A stretch of 64,000 nucleotides of DNA from Clostridia bacterium 41_269 (GTDB lineage: Bacteria > Bacillota > DTU086): the NCBI GenBank assembly GCA_001508005.1, contig LGEZ01000001.1, forward strand, positions 52,392 through 116,391. The letters are read 5' to 3'. Below the pieces are notes generated by a model. It was not told the DNA's origin, did no database searches, and saw only the letters and a program-made list of their open reading frames with translations. Both the position numbers and the translations under genes were made by a program. This document shows, piece by piece, positions 39,699 through 50,800 of the stretch (position 1 is the first letter of the stretch; each line of letters begins with the position of its first letter).

Positions 39699-40214
39699 AT
39701 GGAGGAAAAAAAGAAAGATACAGCGGGAGAAGAGCAGCTGGTTGTTTTTACTCTGGCAAATGAAACCTACGCCATAGATATTTCCGCGGTTAACGAAATA
39801 ATAAGAATGCAGGATATAACTGAAGTTCCAAGAACCCCGGATTTTGTAGAGGGGGTAATCAACTTAAGGGGAAGAATTGTTCCTGTTATAGACTTAAGAA
39901 AGCGCTTTGGACTTGAAGCAGCAGAGAAAACCCAGGCTTCCAGAATCATTGTGGTGGAAATGGATGATGTCACTGTGGGCATGATAGTGGATTCCGTTTC
40001 CGAAGTGCTGAGGCTTCCCAAAGAAAACATTGAGCCCACTCCCCCAATGGTTTCAGGGGTAGACTCCGCATATCTTAGGGGTGTTGGAAAGTGGAACGAC
40101 CGCCTTATAATACTCCTTGATGTCAATAAAGTTCTGTATAAAGATGAAAAAGAAGAGATGAATCAGGCTTTAGAAGAAGCGTCTGCTGCTGTGGATGACG
40201 GTGGTGGCAGGTAA
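39699..40214 (+). CDS. cheW: Chemotaxis coupling protein CheW
   Basis: CheW domain (QLVVFTLANETYAIDISAVNEII...VINLRGRIVPVIDLRKRFG). An AAGAGGTG RBS sits 8 nt before ATG 39699. Confidence 0.85.
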   Translation: MEEKKKDTAGEEQLVVFTLANETYAIDISAVNEIIRMQDITEVPRTPDFVEGVINLRGRIVPVIDLRKRFGLEAAEKTQASRIIVVEMDDVTVGMIVDSVSEVLRLPKENIEPTPPMVSGVDSAYLRGVGKWNDRLIILLDVNKVLYKDEKEEMNQALEEASAAVDDGGGR

Positions 40215-42388
40215 TGAGCGACTTTGATATGTCTCAATATCTCAACCTTTTTTTGGAAGAAGCTGAAGAGCAGCTGCAGCTTTTAGATGAAGGGCTTATC
40301 CTTTTGGAACAGGATAGGCAGAATCGGGATCTTTTAAACCAGATTTTCAGGGCTGCCCACACTATTAAAGGTTCTGCAGCTTCCATGGGGTTTGATAAAA
40401 TAGCCGTTCTTACCCACAGCATGGAAAACGTACTTGACAGATTCAGGAACGGGGAGCTGGAGGTAACTCAGGAAGTTGTGGATGTTCTTCTGGAATGTTT
40501 GGATGCTCTCCAGGCATTAAAGGAAGAAATCATTGAACAAAAGGATAAAATCGACATATCCGGGCTTTTGAAAAAGCTTCAGACTCTGCAGGAAATGGAA
40601 GCACCAGAAAAAAATGAGGATAGGGTTGCCCTTTCAAGCCCACAGGAAAGCGGAGAAAAGGAAGAAAATGCTGCATCAGCTTCTGAAACTGAGCTTATCT
40701 TAAACGAAACGGAAAAAATAGTGCTTAAAAGCGCTTTGGAAAAAGGCTACAAAAGCTACCACATAATTGTTGATTTAGAACCGAACTGCGTTATGAAGTC
40801 CGTTCGAGCTTATCTTGTCTTCAATAGTTTGGAAAAAATTGGTGAGATAATAAAAACTGTTCCAACCACTGAAGAAATAGAAGAAGAGAAATTTGACTAC
40901 TGCTTCGAGCTCATACTGGTGACCCAGGAATCCCTGGAAAAAGTAAAGAACACTGTGCTGTCCATAAGTGAAATCCGAAACGTGTCAGTAAGGGAATTTC
41001 CAAAGCTTGAAGACTTAAATGGCGAACAGGCAGCGAATCAATCGGAGGAAAAGACGGTTAAAGAAAAAACCGAAGCCGTTGGTTTTGAAAAAATAAAAGA
41101 AAAAACAGAAGGGTTAACTACTGATGACTCATCAAGGGCACAGAAGATCAGCAGCGGCAGTGGCGGAGCAGATAATAAGAGGATAAGCCAGACTGTAAGG
41201 GTTGATGTGAACAGGCTGGATAAGCTCCTTAACCTTGTGGGGGAGCTGGTGATCGAAAAGTCCAGGCTGGAATCCGTGGGGGAAAGCATCAGGGACACCC
41301 TGGGAGGAGGGGATCTTACCGATTCCCTGGAGGAGATTTCCCTGCACATAGGCCGCCTAAGCGGCGAGCTTCAGGAAGAGATAATGCGCGCCCGCATGTT
41401 CCCCATTGAGCAGGTCTTCAACCGCTTTCCCAGGATGGTAAGGGACCTGGCAAGGAAGTTCAGAAAAGAGATAAACTTCATCGTTGAGGGTAAAGAAACG
41501 GAGCTGGACCGCACCGTGATTGAGGAGATTGGCGATCCCCTGATTCACCTTTTGAGAAACGCCATAGATCACGGCATTGAGCCTCCGGAGGAAAGGAAAA
41601 AGCTGGGAAAACCCCCGGCGGGAACGGTGCGTTTGAGAGCTTTTCATCAGGAAAATCAGATCGTTATTACCGTGGAAGATGACGGTAGGGGAATGGATCT
41701 CGAAAAAATTAAAGAAAAGGCCGTAAAGAAAGGCCTAATCACCCCTGAGGCGGCAGAAAAGCTGACGGATCAGGAGGCGCTTAACCTAATCTTCATTCCC
41801 GGTTTTTCCACAGCGGAAAAGGTGAGCGATGTTTCCGGCCGCGGCGTGGGGATGGATATTGTTAAAAGCCACATCGAGAAAATAAACGGCATCATGGATA
41901 TAAGCACCAAAAAGGGTACGGGAACGAAATTTACCATTAAGCTGCCCTTAACCCTGGTGATCAACAGGTCCCTTCTTATCAGGCATCGTGGAAGGATGTT
42001 TGCCTTCCCTTTGGCAAATGTGGTGGAAATTGTTGAGGTTAAGGAAGAAGAAATCCAGTACATGCAGCAGCAGAGGGTTGTCTTTATCAGGGACAGCTTC
42101 CTGCCCCTCTTTGATCTGGAATTTCTTTTGGGAGAAAGGGCAGAAAAAGACCACAGCTCTCAGGGGCAGGATGGACTGCTCTCTGTGGTTGTTGTGGGAG
42201 TTTCTGAGAGAAGAGTGGGTATAGTGGTGGAAGAGCTGATAGGGGAACAAGAGATTGTGATCAAGTCCCTTGGGAATTATATAGGGGATGTTCCCGGTCT
42301 TGCGGGAGCTACCATCCTGGGTGACGGAAGCGTTGCTTTAATTCTTGATGTTAGAGGTTTAATTGAAGGATCGGGAGTGGAAAAATGA
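40214..42388 (+). CDS. cheA: Chemotaxis histidine kinase CheA
   Basis: Hpt domain with the phospho-His (HTIKGSAASMGF), dimerisation domain, HATPase, and C-terminal CheW-like domain. 724 aa. Confidence 0.9.
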   Translation: MSDFDMSQYLNLFLEEAEEQLQLLDEGLILLEQDRQNRDLLNQIFRAAHTIKGSAASMGFDKIAVLTHSMENVLDRFRNGELEVTQEVVDVLLECLDALQALKEEIIEQKDKIDISGLLKKLQTLQEMEAPEKNEDRVALSSPQESGEKEENAASASETELILNETEKIVLKSALEKGYKSYHIIVDLEPNCVMKSVRAYLVFNSLEKIGEIIKTVPTTEEIEEEKFDYCFELILVTQESLEKVKNTVLSISEIRNVSVREFPKLEDLNGEQAANQSEEKTVKEKTEAVGFEKIKEKTEGLTTDDSSRAQKISSGSGGADNKRISQTVRVDVNRLDKLLNLVGELVIEKSRLESVGESIRDTLGGGDLTDSLEEISLHIGRLSGELQEEIMRARMFPIEQVFNRFPRMVRDLARKFRKEINFIVEGKETELDRTVIEEIGDPLIHLLRNAIDHGIEPPEERKKLGKPPAGTVRLRAFHQENQIVITVEDDGRGMDLEKIKEKAVKKGLITPEAAEKLTDQEALNLIFIPGFSTAEKVSDVSGRGVGMDIVKSHIEKINGIMDISTKKGTGTKFTIKLPLTLVINRSLLIRHRGRMFAFPLANVVEIVEVKEEEIQYMQQQRVVFIRDSFLPLFDLEFLLGERAEKDHSSQGQDGLLSVVVVGVSERRVGIVVEELIGEQEIVIKSLGNYIGDVPGLAGATILGDGSVALILDVRGLIEGSGVEK

Positions 42389-43434
42389 CCACAGGTCCCA
42401 TTAAAGTTTTCATCGTTGATGATTCTGCCTTTATGAGACAGATGATAGCGCTGATGCTGGAAAAGGATCCCCACATTAAAGTGGTGGGGAGGGCGAGAAA
42501 CGGAAAGGAAGCCCTTGAAAAAATTCCTTCGGCAAAGCCCGATGTAGTAACTATGGACGTAGAAATGCCCGTTATGGACGGGCTTCAGACTCTCACCCGC
42601 CTGATGGAAGTTTATCCTGTTCCGGTAGTGATGGTGAGCTCCCTCACCCATGAGGGGGCCCTTACCACCATTAGGGCGCTGGAGTTGGGTGCCGTAGATT
42701 TTATTCCCAAGCCGTCCAAGGGAAGTGAAATCGGCGAAATTGCCCAGTCCCTTGTGGGAAAAATAAAGCTTGCGTCCACTGTGGATGTCAGAGCTGGGAT
42801 AAAGGGCATAAGGCGGGTACCGCTTTCTGGGGATAAGGAAAGGGATAAAATTGTTCCCGGCAGTATAGAAGCAGTGGTCATAGGCACCTCCACAGGCGGC
42901 CCCGCGGCTCTGCAGCAGGTGGTTCCCAAACTGCCCCAAGACTCTCCGCCGGTGATCATAGTCCAGCACATGCCCAAAGGGTTCACCAAAGCCCTTGCCG
43001 AGCGCCTGGACCGCAGCAGCGTGCTTGCAGTGAAGGAAGCGGAGGATGGCGATGTTCTAAAGAGGGGCACTGCCCTTGTAGCTCCCGCAGGAAAGCAGAT
43101 GGTATTTCAAAGAAGGGCAGGAGGAGTATCTGTCCATTTAACGGAAGAATCCCCTGTCCCTACGCTTTTCAAACCATCAGTGGATGTGGTGATGCTTTCT
43201 GCAGCGGAAATTTTTAAAGATAAGGTGCTGGGAGTCGTCATGACTGGCATGGGAAGCGACGGCGTGCGGGGGCTGAAAAAAATTAAAGAATATGGAGGAA
43301 AAGCTTTGGCTGAATCTGAAGAAACCTGCATCGTTTACGGCATGCCCAAATCTGCCGTTGAAGCGGGAGTGGTGGATGAAATTCAGCCCCTTTACCGCCT
43401 GGCTGAAAGGATTTCAGAAATTGCTGCCGGCTGA
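42385..43434 (+). CDS. cheB: Chemotaxis response regulator protein-glutamate methylesterase CheB
   Basis: REC domain plus methylesterase domain (VIGTSTGGPAAL...HMPKGFT). Confidence 0.9.
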   Translation: MTTGPIKVFIVDDSAFMRQMIALMLEKDPHIKVVGRARNGKEALEKIPSAKPDVVTMDVEMPVMDGLQTLTRLMEVYPVPVVMVSSLTHEGALTTIRALELGAVDFIPKPSKGSEIGEIAQSLVGKIKLASTVDVRAGIKGIRRVPLSGDKERDKIVPGSIEAVVIGTSTGGPAALQQVVPKLPQDSPPVIIVQHMPKGFTKALAERLDRSSVLAVKEAEDGDVLKRGTALVAPAGKQMVFQRRAGGVSVHLTEESPVPTLFKPSVDVVMLSAAEIFKDKVLGVVMTGMGSDGVRGLKKIKEYGGKALAESEETCIVYGMPKSAVEAGVVDEIQPLYRLAERISEIAAG

Positions 43435-43482
43435 GCCCAAGCTTAAAAAGCGCATACCGTTTGGCTGTAGGCAGAGTGCAAT

Positions 43483-43510
43483 CCCCTTTTTGGGGGCTGA
43501 TTTTTTTATT
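43483..43510 (+). terminator. Weak candidate terminator after cheB
   Basis: CCCC-ttttt-GGGG hairpin followed by a T-rich tract. Weak. Confidence 0.3.
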
Positions 43511-43524
43511 TTTTCTTATTTTGA

Positions 43525-43551
43525 TAAAGTTTTTCTTATGTGTGCCGATAA
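43525..43551 (+). promoter_or_regulatory. Sigma-28 (SigD/FliA) promoter for the flgM late flagellar operon
   Basis: TAAAGTTT-N11-GCCGATAA is an exact match to the sigma-28 consensus and sits about 50 nt upstream of flgM. Confidence 0.8.
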
Positions 43552-43599
43552 CCTTTATAGAGACTGAAGATGTAAGAAATCTTAAGTTGGGTGATAGCG

Positions 43600-43899
43600 G
43601 TGAAAATAGGTGGAATAAATGGGCGGCAGGTTACAGGAATATACAGGCAGAGCCATGTCCAGGGGAAAAATACAACTGACAGAACTGTCGCTGCAGATAA
43701 GGATGTAGCTGATATTTCTGTTGAGGCTCTTGAAATACAGCGGCTTGCGAAAAAGGCGCTGGAAATGGAAGATATAAGGGCAGAAAAGGTTGAAGATTTA
43801 AAGAAGAAGATCGCTTCTGGGGAATACAAGATTGATTCAGCTCGCTTAGCGGAGAGACTTGTTGAATTCCTAAAAAACAAAGTGGAGGACCTCCTATGA
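43600..43899 (+). CDS. flgM: Anti-sigma-28 factor FlgM
   Basis: Translation MKIGGINGRQ...DVADISVEAL...GEYKIDSARLAERLVEFL from a GTG start behind a GGGTGA RBS. It sits downstream of the sigma-28 promoter and upstream of flgN-flgK-flgL. Confidence 0.75.
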   Translation: MKIGGINGRQVTGIYRQSHVQGKNTTDRTVAADKDVADISVEALEIQRLAKKALEMEDIRAEKVEDLKKKIASGEYKIDSARLAERLVEFLKNKVEDLL

Positions 43900-44405
43900 A
43901 GGGTATTGTAGAGGACCTTATTGGAATAACTTTGAAGCAGATTAGGTGTGTAAATGAGCTTATAAAGCTTGCAGAAGAAGAAACTGAAGCCCTTAAAAAG
44001 AATGATGTGCCGTTTCTTTCTAAGCTCTGCGTCAAAATGAATGAAGCGGCTCAAAAACTCTTGGAGCTTGAAGGGGAAAGGATGCAGGCTTGTGAAAAGC
44101 TTGCATCTTTTTTAGGTATTCCTGGGGACGCTCCATTCAGCGAGCTTAAAAAGGCTTTGTCCCAAAATGGCCAGGGTTCATTTGAAGAAATCGAGGAGCT
44201 GGTTGAAAAAACGGAGAGTTTGAAGCGGGCGTACGGCAGACTTCAGGATCAGAACAGACTTAACAGGCAGCTCCTTAAGCAGTCTTTGAGCTATATAAGA
44301 GGCCTTGAGGAAACCCTGGGTTTGCGAAAAGGGTCCATTTATGGAAAGGATGGGGAATACGAACGGATTTCAGAAGAGGGCACCCTCTTAAATAGGGAAG
44401 TTTGA
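43896..44405 (+). CDS. flgN: Flagellar export chaperone FlgN-like protein
   Basis: Position between flgM and flgK. Helical 169-aa protein, translationally coupled. Confidence 0.6.
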   Translation: MKGIVEDLIGITLKQIRCVNELIKLAEEETEALKKNDVPFLSKLCVKMNEAAQKLLELEGERMQACEKLASFLGIPGDAPFSELKKALSQNGQGSFEEIEELVEKTESLKRAYGRLQDQNRLNRQLLKQSLSYIRGLEETLGLRKGSIYGKDGEYERISEEGTLLNREV

Positions 44406-44421
44406 GAAAGGCGGTGGCTGT

Positions 44422-45951
44422 ATGACTTCGACTTTCAGCGGATTCAGCATATCTTTAAGGGCCCTTATGTCCCAAAAGCTCATGCTTGACATAGCGGCTC
44501 ACAACGTTGCCAACGCAAGCACCCCTGGCTTTACCCGCCAGAGAGGTGTATTGGAAACGACACCACCCCTTCCATATCCTTCCATTAGTAGTTCAAATCT
44601 GGTGGGGCAGATTGGCACAGGTGTAGATGTGGTAAGGGTGGAAAGGCTCAGAAATGAATTTCTCGATGTCCAGAGGAGAAAGGAGATCCACACGCGGGGA
44701 CAGTGGGCCATAAAAAGGGATACTTTAGAACAGATTGAAGTTATATTTTTGGAACCTACGGACACGGGTCTTAGTTCTCTTTTGAACGAGTTCTGGAGCA
44801 GCTGGCAGGAACTTAGCAAGAATCCCGAAAGCTTGGCGGTCAGGACCACTGTTAAAGAAACAGCTGCTGCCCTTGCAGACGCCATACGCCATACTTACCA
44901 GCAGCTTAAAGACTTGTCAGACGATATAGACAATATGATTAAAATAAACGTGCGGAATATAAATTCCTTGGCAACCCAAATTGACCGTCTTAACAAGCAG
45001 ATAAAGGCTGCAAAGGGTGCGGGTTTTGAACCCAATGATCTTTATGACCAAAGGGACAAACTGGTGGATGAGCTAGCTGAGCTCATTGATTTTAAATATA
45101 AAGTAAATGATGACGGCACGATGGACATTTATTTATATAACGAAAAGGATGAATCCTATTCAGCAAGGCTTGTGGATGGGATAGAAGGCCACACCAATAC
45201 CCTTAAAACTGCGGACTATACTTCGGGGAAAACAGTAATACTTTGGGATTCCTACATATCTGCAGAGCCGTCAGGAAGCACCCCAGCAGCGGGGGATGTT
45301 CTTGGCGTGAGTGACGATACTGATAAGAGGGCAATTTCCGACGGCAAACTTAAGGGTCTTTTTGATGCAAGGGATGTGCTTTTAAAAGGATACATGGAAA
45401 CTTTAAATTCTTTTGCCTTAGGGCTTATAAATGTTATCAATGAGTACCACAAAAACGGCTATGACCTAAACGGTAATGCCGGTGGAGAGTTTTTTTCCGG
45501 AACGGGAGCCACTGACATTACAATTTCAGATAACATAGAAAGTGACGTTTCAAGAATTGCTGCTGCGCTTTACAGTGAAACCATACCAGGCGACGGCTCA
45601 AATGCTCTTAGGATTGCAGAGCTTCAAAGCACAAGGCTTTTTTACGACAGCAGTGCGGGAGAGCTTCGTCTGCCGGGAGGAGGTGAAATGGGCAACACAT
45701 CCTTTGAGGATTTCTACAACAACCTTATTTCCAGCTTAGGCGTTGCCACAAACGAAAGCCAGCGCATGTTGGAAAACCAAGAAGCCCTTGTAGACCAGCT
45801 TAATAATTTGAAAGAAAACATCTCAGGGGTATCCATCGATGAAGAAGTGGCCTACATGCTTCAGTACCTAAGGGCTTATCAGGCTGCTGCCAGGTTTATG
45901 ACCGCCATGGACGAAATCCTCGATACTCTTATCAATAGAACCGCCGTTTAA
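44422..45951 (+). CDS. flgK: Flagellar hook-associated protein 1 FlgK
   Basis: N-terminal flagellar rod/hook domain (LMLDIAAHNVANASTPGFTRQ) and conserved C-terminus. 509 aa. Confidence 0.9.
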   Translation: MTSTFSGFSISLRALMSQKLMLDIAAHNVANASTPGFTRQRGVLETTPPLPYPSISSSNLVGQIGTGVDVVRVERLRNEFLDVQRRKEIHTRGQWAIKRDTLEQIEVIFLEPTDTGLSSLLNEFWSSWQELSKNPESLAVRTTVKETAAALADAIRHTYQQLKDLSDDIDNMIKINVRNINSLATQIDRLNKQIKAAKGAGFEPNDLYDQRDKLVDELAELIDFKYKVNDDGTMDIYLYNEKDESYSARLVDGIEGHTNTLKTADYTSGKTVILWDSYISAEPSGSTPAAGDVLGVSDDTDKRAISDGKLKGLFDARDVLLKGYMETLNSFALGLINVINEYHKNGYDLNGNAGGEFFSGTGATDITISDNIESDVSRIAAALYSETIPGDGSNALRIAELQSTRLFYDSSAGELRLPGGGEMGNTSFEDFYNNLISSLGVATNESQRMLENQEALVDQLNNLKENISGVSIDEEVAYMLQYLRAYQAAARFMTAMDEILDTLINRTAV

Positions 45952-45969
45952 AAATAGGGGGGATTCAAA

Positions 45970-47100
45970 ATGCGGGTAACCAACAACATGCTCACCACAA
46001 CGGTGCTTAGGAATTTGAACCGAAATCTAAAAAGGCTTAACACCTATATGGAGCAGCTTTCTTCGGGAAAAACCGTAAACAGGCCATCGGACAATCCCGT
46101 TTACGTATCCCGAATAATGCGCCTCCAGAGCATGATAAAGAATCAGGAAAAGTACCAGCAGAACATGGAAGATGCCCAGGGCTTTGTGGACATGTCTGAG
46201 ACGGCTTTGGGAAACCTAAGCGATATTTTGAACAGGACGAGGGAACTTACCGTATACGGAGCCAACGGCACCCTTTCAGAAGAGGATCGGGAAACCCTAG
46301 CGGCGGAAGTGGATGAGCTGATAAATGAGGTTGTGGAGGTGGCCAACAGCAGCTATGAGGGAAGATACGTCTTCGGCGGGCACAAAACCACAAAAGCGCC
46401 TTTTGTGCGGATTGGTGCAATTACCAGTGCAACGGTGAGCGGGAGCATTTCTGGTGTATATACTCTTACTTTTAGAGTTGATGGAACGGCGGTTTTAAGG
46501 GATTCTCAGAATAATGTCGTTGCCACGGCAGTTTACAATAATAATACAGCTGAAACTTTGGTTTTTAATGTGGCTGGAAGCCAGCTTTCTGTCGAAAAGG
46601 ATGCTTTGGACATAGCAGGATACATGTTTAGCCTTGAAATTGAAAATTCTAATGCTTTGGCTAGCGAAGTTGCCTATAGGGGAGATTCCGGCTACCTTGA
46701 ATGGGAGGTTGCCCAGGGGGTGACTATGTCCGTTAATCTCCCGGGGGACCAGGTTTTTTTAAGGGGTGGAGTATTTCTTGCTTTAGAGAAAGTTTTAAAA
46801 GCCCTTAGGGATAATAATGCACAGGAACTTTCGGGAAGCGCATTGCAAAAGTTGGACCAGGCCTCCGAAGGGATACTTTCTTCAAGGGCCGTTTTGGGCG
46901 CCAAAAGCAACAGGCTTGCCGTATCCATTGAAAGGGCTTCCCAGTTCAGCTTGAGCCTGACGGAAATTTTGTCAAAGATTGAGGATGTGGATCTTGCCGC
47001 TGCCAGCATGGAGTTTTCGACGGCGGAAAACGTATACAGGGCTGCTCTTTTCACGGGCACCCAGGTGCTTCTGCCCACACTTTTGGATTATCTGGGGTGA
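45970..47100 (+). CDS. flgL: Flagellar hook-associated protein 3 FlgL
   Basis: Flagellin-like N-domain (RVTNNMLTTTVLRNLNRNLKRLNTYMEQLSSGK...NRPSDNP) and C-domain. 376 aa. Confidence 0.85.
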   Translation: MRVTNNMLTTTVLRNLNRNLKRLNTYMEQLSSGKTVNRPSDNPVYVSRIMRLQSMIKNQEKYQQNMEDAQGFVDMSETALGNLSDILNRTRELTVYGANGTLSEEDRETLAAEVDELINEVVEVANSSYEGRYVFGGHKTTKAPFVRIGAITSATVSGSISGVYTLTFRVDGTAVLRDSQNNVVATAVYNNNTAETLVFNVAGSQLSVEKDALDIAGYMFSLEIENSNALASEVAYRGDSGYLEWEVAQGVTMSVNLPGDQVFLRGGVFLALEKVLKALRDNNAQELSGSALQKLDQASEGILSSRAVLGAKSNRLAVSIERASQFSLSLTEILSKIEDVDLAAASMEFSTAENVYRAALFTGTQVLLPTLLDYLG

Positions 47101-47106
47101 TTTAAG

Positions 47107-47568
47107 ATGAAAGTGGAAACCTCTCGCTTTGGCTGTATAGAAGTGGATGAAGATAAGATAATATATTTTCCGTGGGGCATCCCGGGTTTTGAAGATTTAA
47201 AAAAATATTTTCTTGTTCCTGTTAATGAAAATCCATTTTTTACATGGCTTCAGTCCTTTGATGATCCCAACGTTGCCTTTTTACTGGTTGATCCTTTTTT
47301 GTTTTTTGAAGGGTATGAAGTGGAACTTACGGAGGATGTTAAGAAGGAACTTGAGATTGAGGATCGAAAAGATATAATAATCCAGGCTGTCACCAATATC
47401 CCTAAAACAGGAGTGGAAAATGCCACAGCGAATTTAGTGGGGCCTATTGTTATAAATGTTAGGAAACGCCTCGGCAGGCAGGTTATCCTTCAGGATGTGC
47501 CCTACGGCATAAAACACCTTCTTTTTCCCAAGAAAAAGGAAGGGGACCGCAGAATTGCTGCCGGATAA
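47107..47568 (+). CDS. fliW: Flagellar assembly factor FliW
   Basis: DUF180/FliW sequence (IYFPWGIPGFEDLKKYFLVP...FLLVDPF), directly upstream of csrA. Confidence 0.85.
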   Translation: MKVETSRFGCIEVDEDKIIYFPWGIPGFEDLKKYFLVPVNENPFFTWLQSFDDPNVAFLLVDPFLFFEGYEVELTEDVKKELEIEDRKDIIIQAVTNIPKTGVENATANLVGPIVINVRKRLGRQVILQDVPYGIKHLLFPKKKEGDRRIAAG

Positions 47569-47599
47569 ATTACTGAGTGAAATGGGGCGGGTGCAAAAG

Positions 47600-47840
47600 A
47601 ATGCTCGTGCTGACGAGAAAAAAAAACGAAACCGTAGTTATCGGCAGCGATATTTTTGTTACTGTGGTGGATGTTGACGGCGATAAGGTTAAACTCGGTA
47701 TTAATGCGCCTAGAGATATCTCCATATACCGTAAAGAAATTTATGATGCCATTGTTAGGGAAAATGTTTCCGCTTCAATGGCACAGCCTGAAGATGTAGA
47801 ACATATTATAAAACTTTCCAGGATTCAGCAAAAAGAGTAA
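47600..47840 (+). CDS. csrA: Carbon storage regulator CsrA
   Basis: [15 protein letters not shown]...[17 protein letters not shown], with an RBS before ATG 47600. Canonical position after fliW. Confidence 0.9.
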
Positions 47841-47882
47841 AAATTCCGGTTTAATGCTACGGAAAGGGGCACTTGTATTCCT

Positions 47883-50800
47883 ATGAGAAGAAAGAGAAGC
47901 CGGCTGGAATCACTGGGTTTTTTTATTTTTTTAACTGTAGTTTCCTTGTTTTGTCTATTAAATTTTGGTCCTTTTTGCGCCTATGGGGAGGAAACCCTCA
48001 GCATCGTTTCTGTTACTCCAGATAAAGTCAGCAACGATGGGGGACAGATTATAACCATTAAGGGAACGGGCTTTATGACCGGAATGAAGATCTACTTCAA
48101 CGATGTGCAGGTGGGCCCCGGCAGTATCAGCATTAAACTCAGCAGTATAGGATATGATACGGCAGAAGTGGTGGCTCCTCCCGGTAATACGGGTTATGTG
48201 AAAATAAAAGTGGAAGATCCCTCCAACCCAGATAATTATGCCGTTCTGTTAAACGCTTTTTGGTATCAAAGCACCCCCACCATAACCGGCATAAGTCCAA
48301 ATTCCGGCTCCACTGTGGGAGGAACGGTCATAACCATAACGGGAAGCGAGTTTGGTGAAGCCGGTTCCATGGGAAACAGCATAGAACTGTACATCGGTTC
48401 TACGCGGGTTCAGAATGTTACACTTGTCAATTCCACAACCATAACGGCGGTTACTCCTCCTTCAACCTTAGGGCCAAAGTCCATAACCCTGATAAATGCT
48501 GACGGCGGTACCTGCACGGTTCCTTCGACTTCTGCCAATGCATTTACATATGTTCCCAGCAGCCCAAGCATTACATCGGTATCCCCTTCGTACGGACCCA
48601 CCCTTGGGGGCACTGAGCTTACAATAACCGGGCAGGAATTCAGCGAAAACGCCAAGGTTAAAATAGGTGAGCACTGGGCGCAGACGGTAACCTATGTAAG
48701 CAGTACAAAGCTCATTGCCACAGCTCCTGCTTCTGAAAATGTGGGATTTGCGGACGTTTTGGTGGAAAACCCTGACGGTCAGACGGCCGTATTGGACGAT
48801 GCCTTTGAATATATAGCGGTTCCGGTTGTACAAAATATCACTCCCAACTATGGTCTTCCCGGTGAAGACAGGACAAGCAATCCCGTCGTCATCACCGGAG
48901 CAAACTTTGACCCTAGTGGGGTTAATGTGTACTTTGGCGGAAAAGAAGCTCAGGTTAATCTCAGCACTCTTACCAGCACGAGGATAGAAATAACGAAGCT
49001 TCCGGACGTTACGCCCGGAACGGTGGATGTAAAGGTTGTTAATTTCAGGAATTCGAGAGAAGAATACACCTTAAAAAGAGGATTTACTTTTAAAACTCAA
49101 ACGAGTCAGCCCGAGATTTACAGCATTGATCCCAATTCTGGAAGCACCGAGGAATATACGAGGGTAACCATTAAGGGTAAGGAGCTTCTTACCGGGGCAA
49201 CACTGTACGTAGGCGGTGAGCCGGTTCCCCTTGACGATGCGGAGTTCATAAGCACAAGCGAAGTGAAGGTGACCATTCCCCCATCGTCCAAAACTGGTGC
49301 CAAGGATGTAAAATGGGTTAACTACGACGGCGGAGAAGATACTTTAGAAAGCGGATTTATCCACATAAGACCAGAGGAACAGGTAAAAATAACGAGCGTT
49401 ACGCCCAACAGGGGGCCCGAGGACGAGCATACGCCCATAACCATAAGCGGTGTGAACTTCATGGATCCAAATGATCCCGATTTTGTCAGCTGTACCGTTA
49501 CCATAGGCGACGTGCTCGTTTTGGATTTGGAGTGGGTTGACAGCAGGACTTTAAGAGCAAAAACGCCCCTTGGCTATGTCAGGGAAGGGGAAACGGAAAC
49601 TTCCTGGGACGTTGTCATCGTGCAGGTTTACAAAGACAGCGAAGGGAATGAGATAGTCCAGAAATACGTTTTTGCAAACGGCTTTACTTATGTGCTTCCG
49701 GGAAGCAACCCCACAATAGCTGAGGTTTATGATTACGAAACCTTTAGGAAGAGTCATATAACCGTTAATTCCGGTCCCCTCTCGGGAGGAAACAGGGCAG
49801 TCATTGTTGGTACCGATTTCCGCACCCAAGGGTCAACCCTTCCGAAAGTTGAATTCGGCACGGGTTACAGCTGGCGCGAAGCTCAGGTACTTCAGGTGAT
49901 AACCATTTCTTCGTCCCAGAGCGAGCCGGATTACGAAAGGGGAATTCCTGCATACGAGAGCGGTGTGAAGGAAATGGCGCTTGTTGTGGAAGTGCCTGAA
50001 GGTTTTTCCACGGGAAGCGTTGATGTTAGGGTAACCAACCCGGATTTGGGAACGGCAGTTCTTAAAAACGGCTGGATTTATAAGGTGTGCAGCCTCAACG
50101 TGACCGCCATCACACCGAACAGAGGTCCCGTGACGGGCGGTATCGTGGTGGTGATAAGCGGTGCCAACTTTACCGAAGATTACTCCCTCTGGGTCAAATT
50201 TGTTCACAACTATGGAGACGGTTCAACTGATACCACCGTTGTGGAGAACATTATCGAGATCAGGGACAGCGCTGTAAGGTTTTACCTTCCCAGAAGCATT
50301 GAGGGTTTAAAAGACGTAGTTGTTTACAACCGCTTTGGAGAGAGAACATTAAAGAACGCTTTTACCTACTATGCTCCTTTAAGCACCCCTTCCATTTCTT
50401 CTGTTACTCCCAGTTCGGGCTCTTCTCTGGGCGGGGACACGGTTGTTATAACTGGTGAGGACTTCAGGGAAGGGGCTGTGGTTACCATAGGCGGAAGGGA
50501 AGCCACGGTTGTCAATGTGACATGGGATACCATTGAAATAATAACTCCTTCCGGCACCCCGGGCTTAAAAGATGTGGCAGTGAGAAATCCCGACGGCGGA
50601 TATGTGGTGCTGAAGGAGGGATTTAAATATATAAGCAGTCCCGAAGTGATCTCCGTACAGCCTTCCGTGGTTAGCGCATCGGGAGGCACCATCGTGACCA
50701 TAAAAGGAAAGCAGTTTTACAGCGGGGCTTCCGTGTATTTCAAAAGAGGGGAAGCTTTACTTCAAGCTCCTGACGTAAAGGTTGCTGACGAGAATACTAT

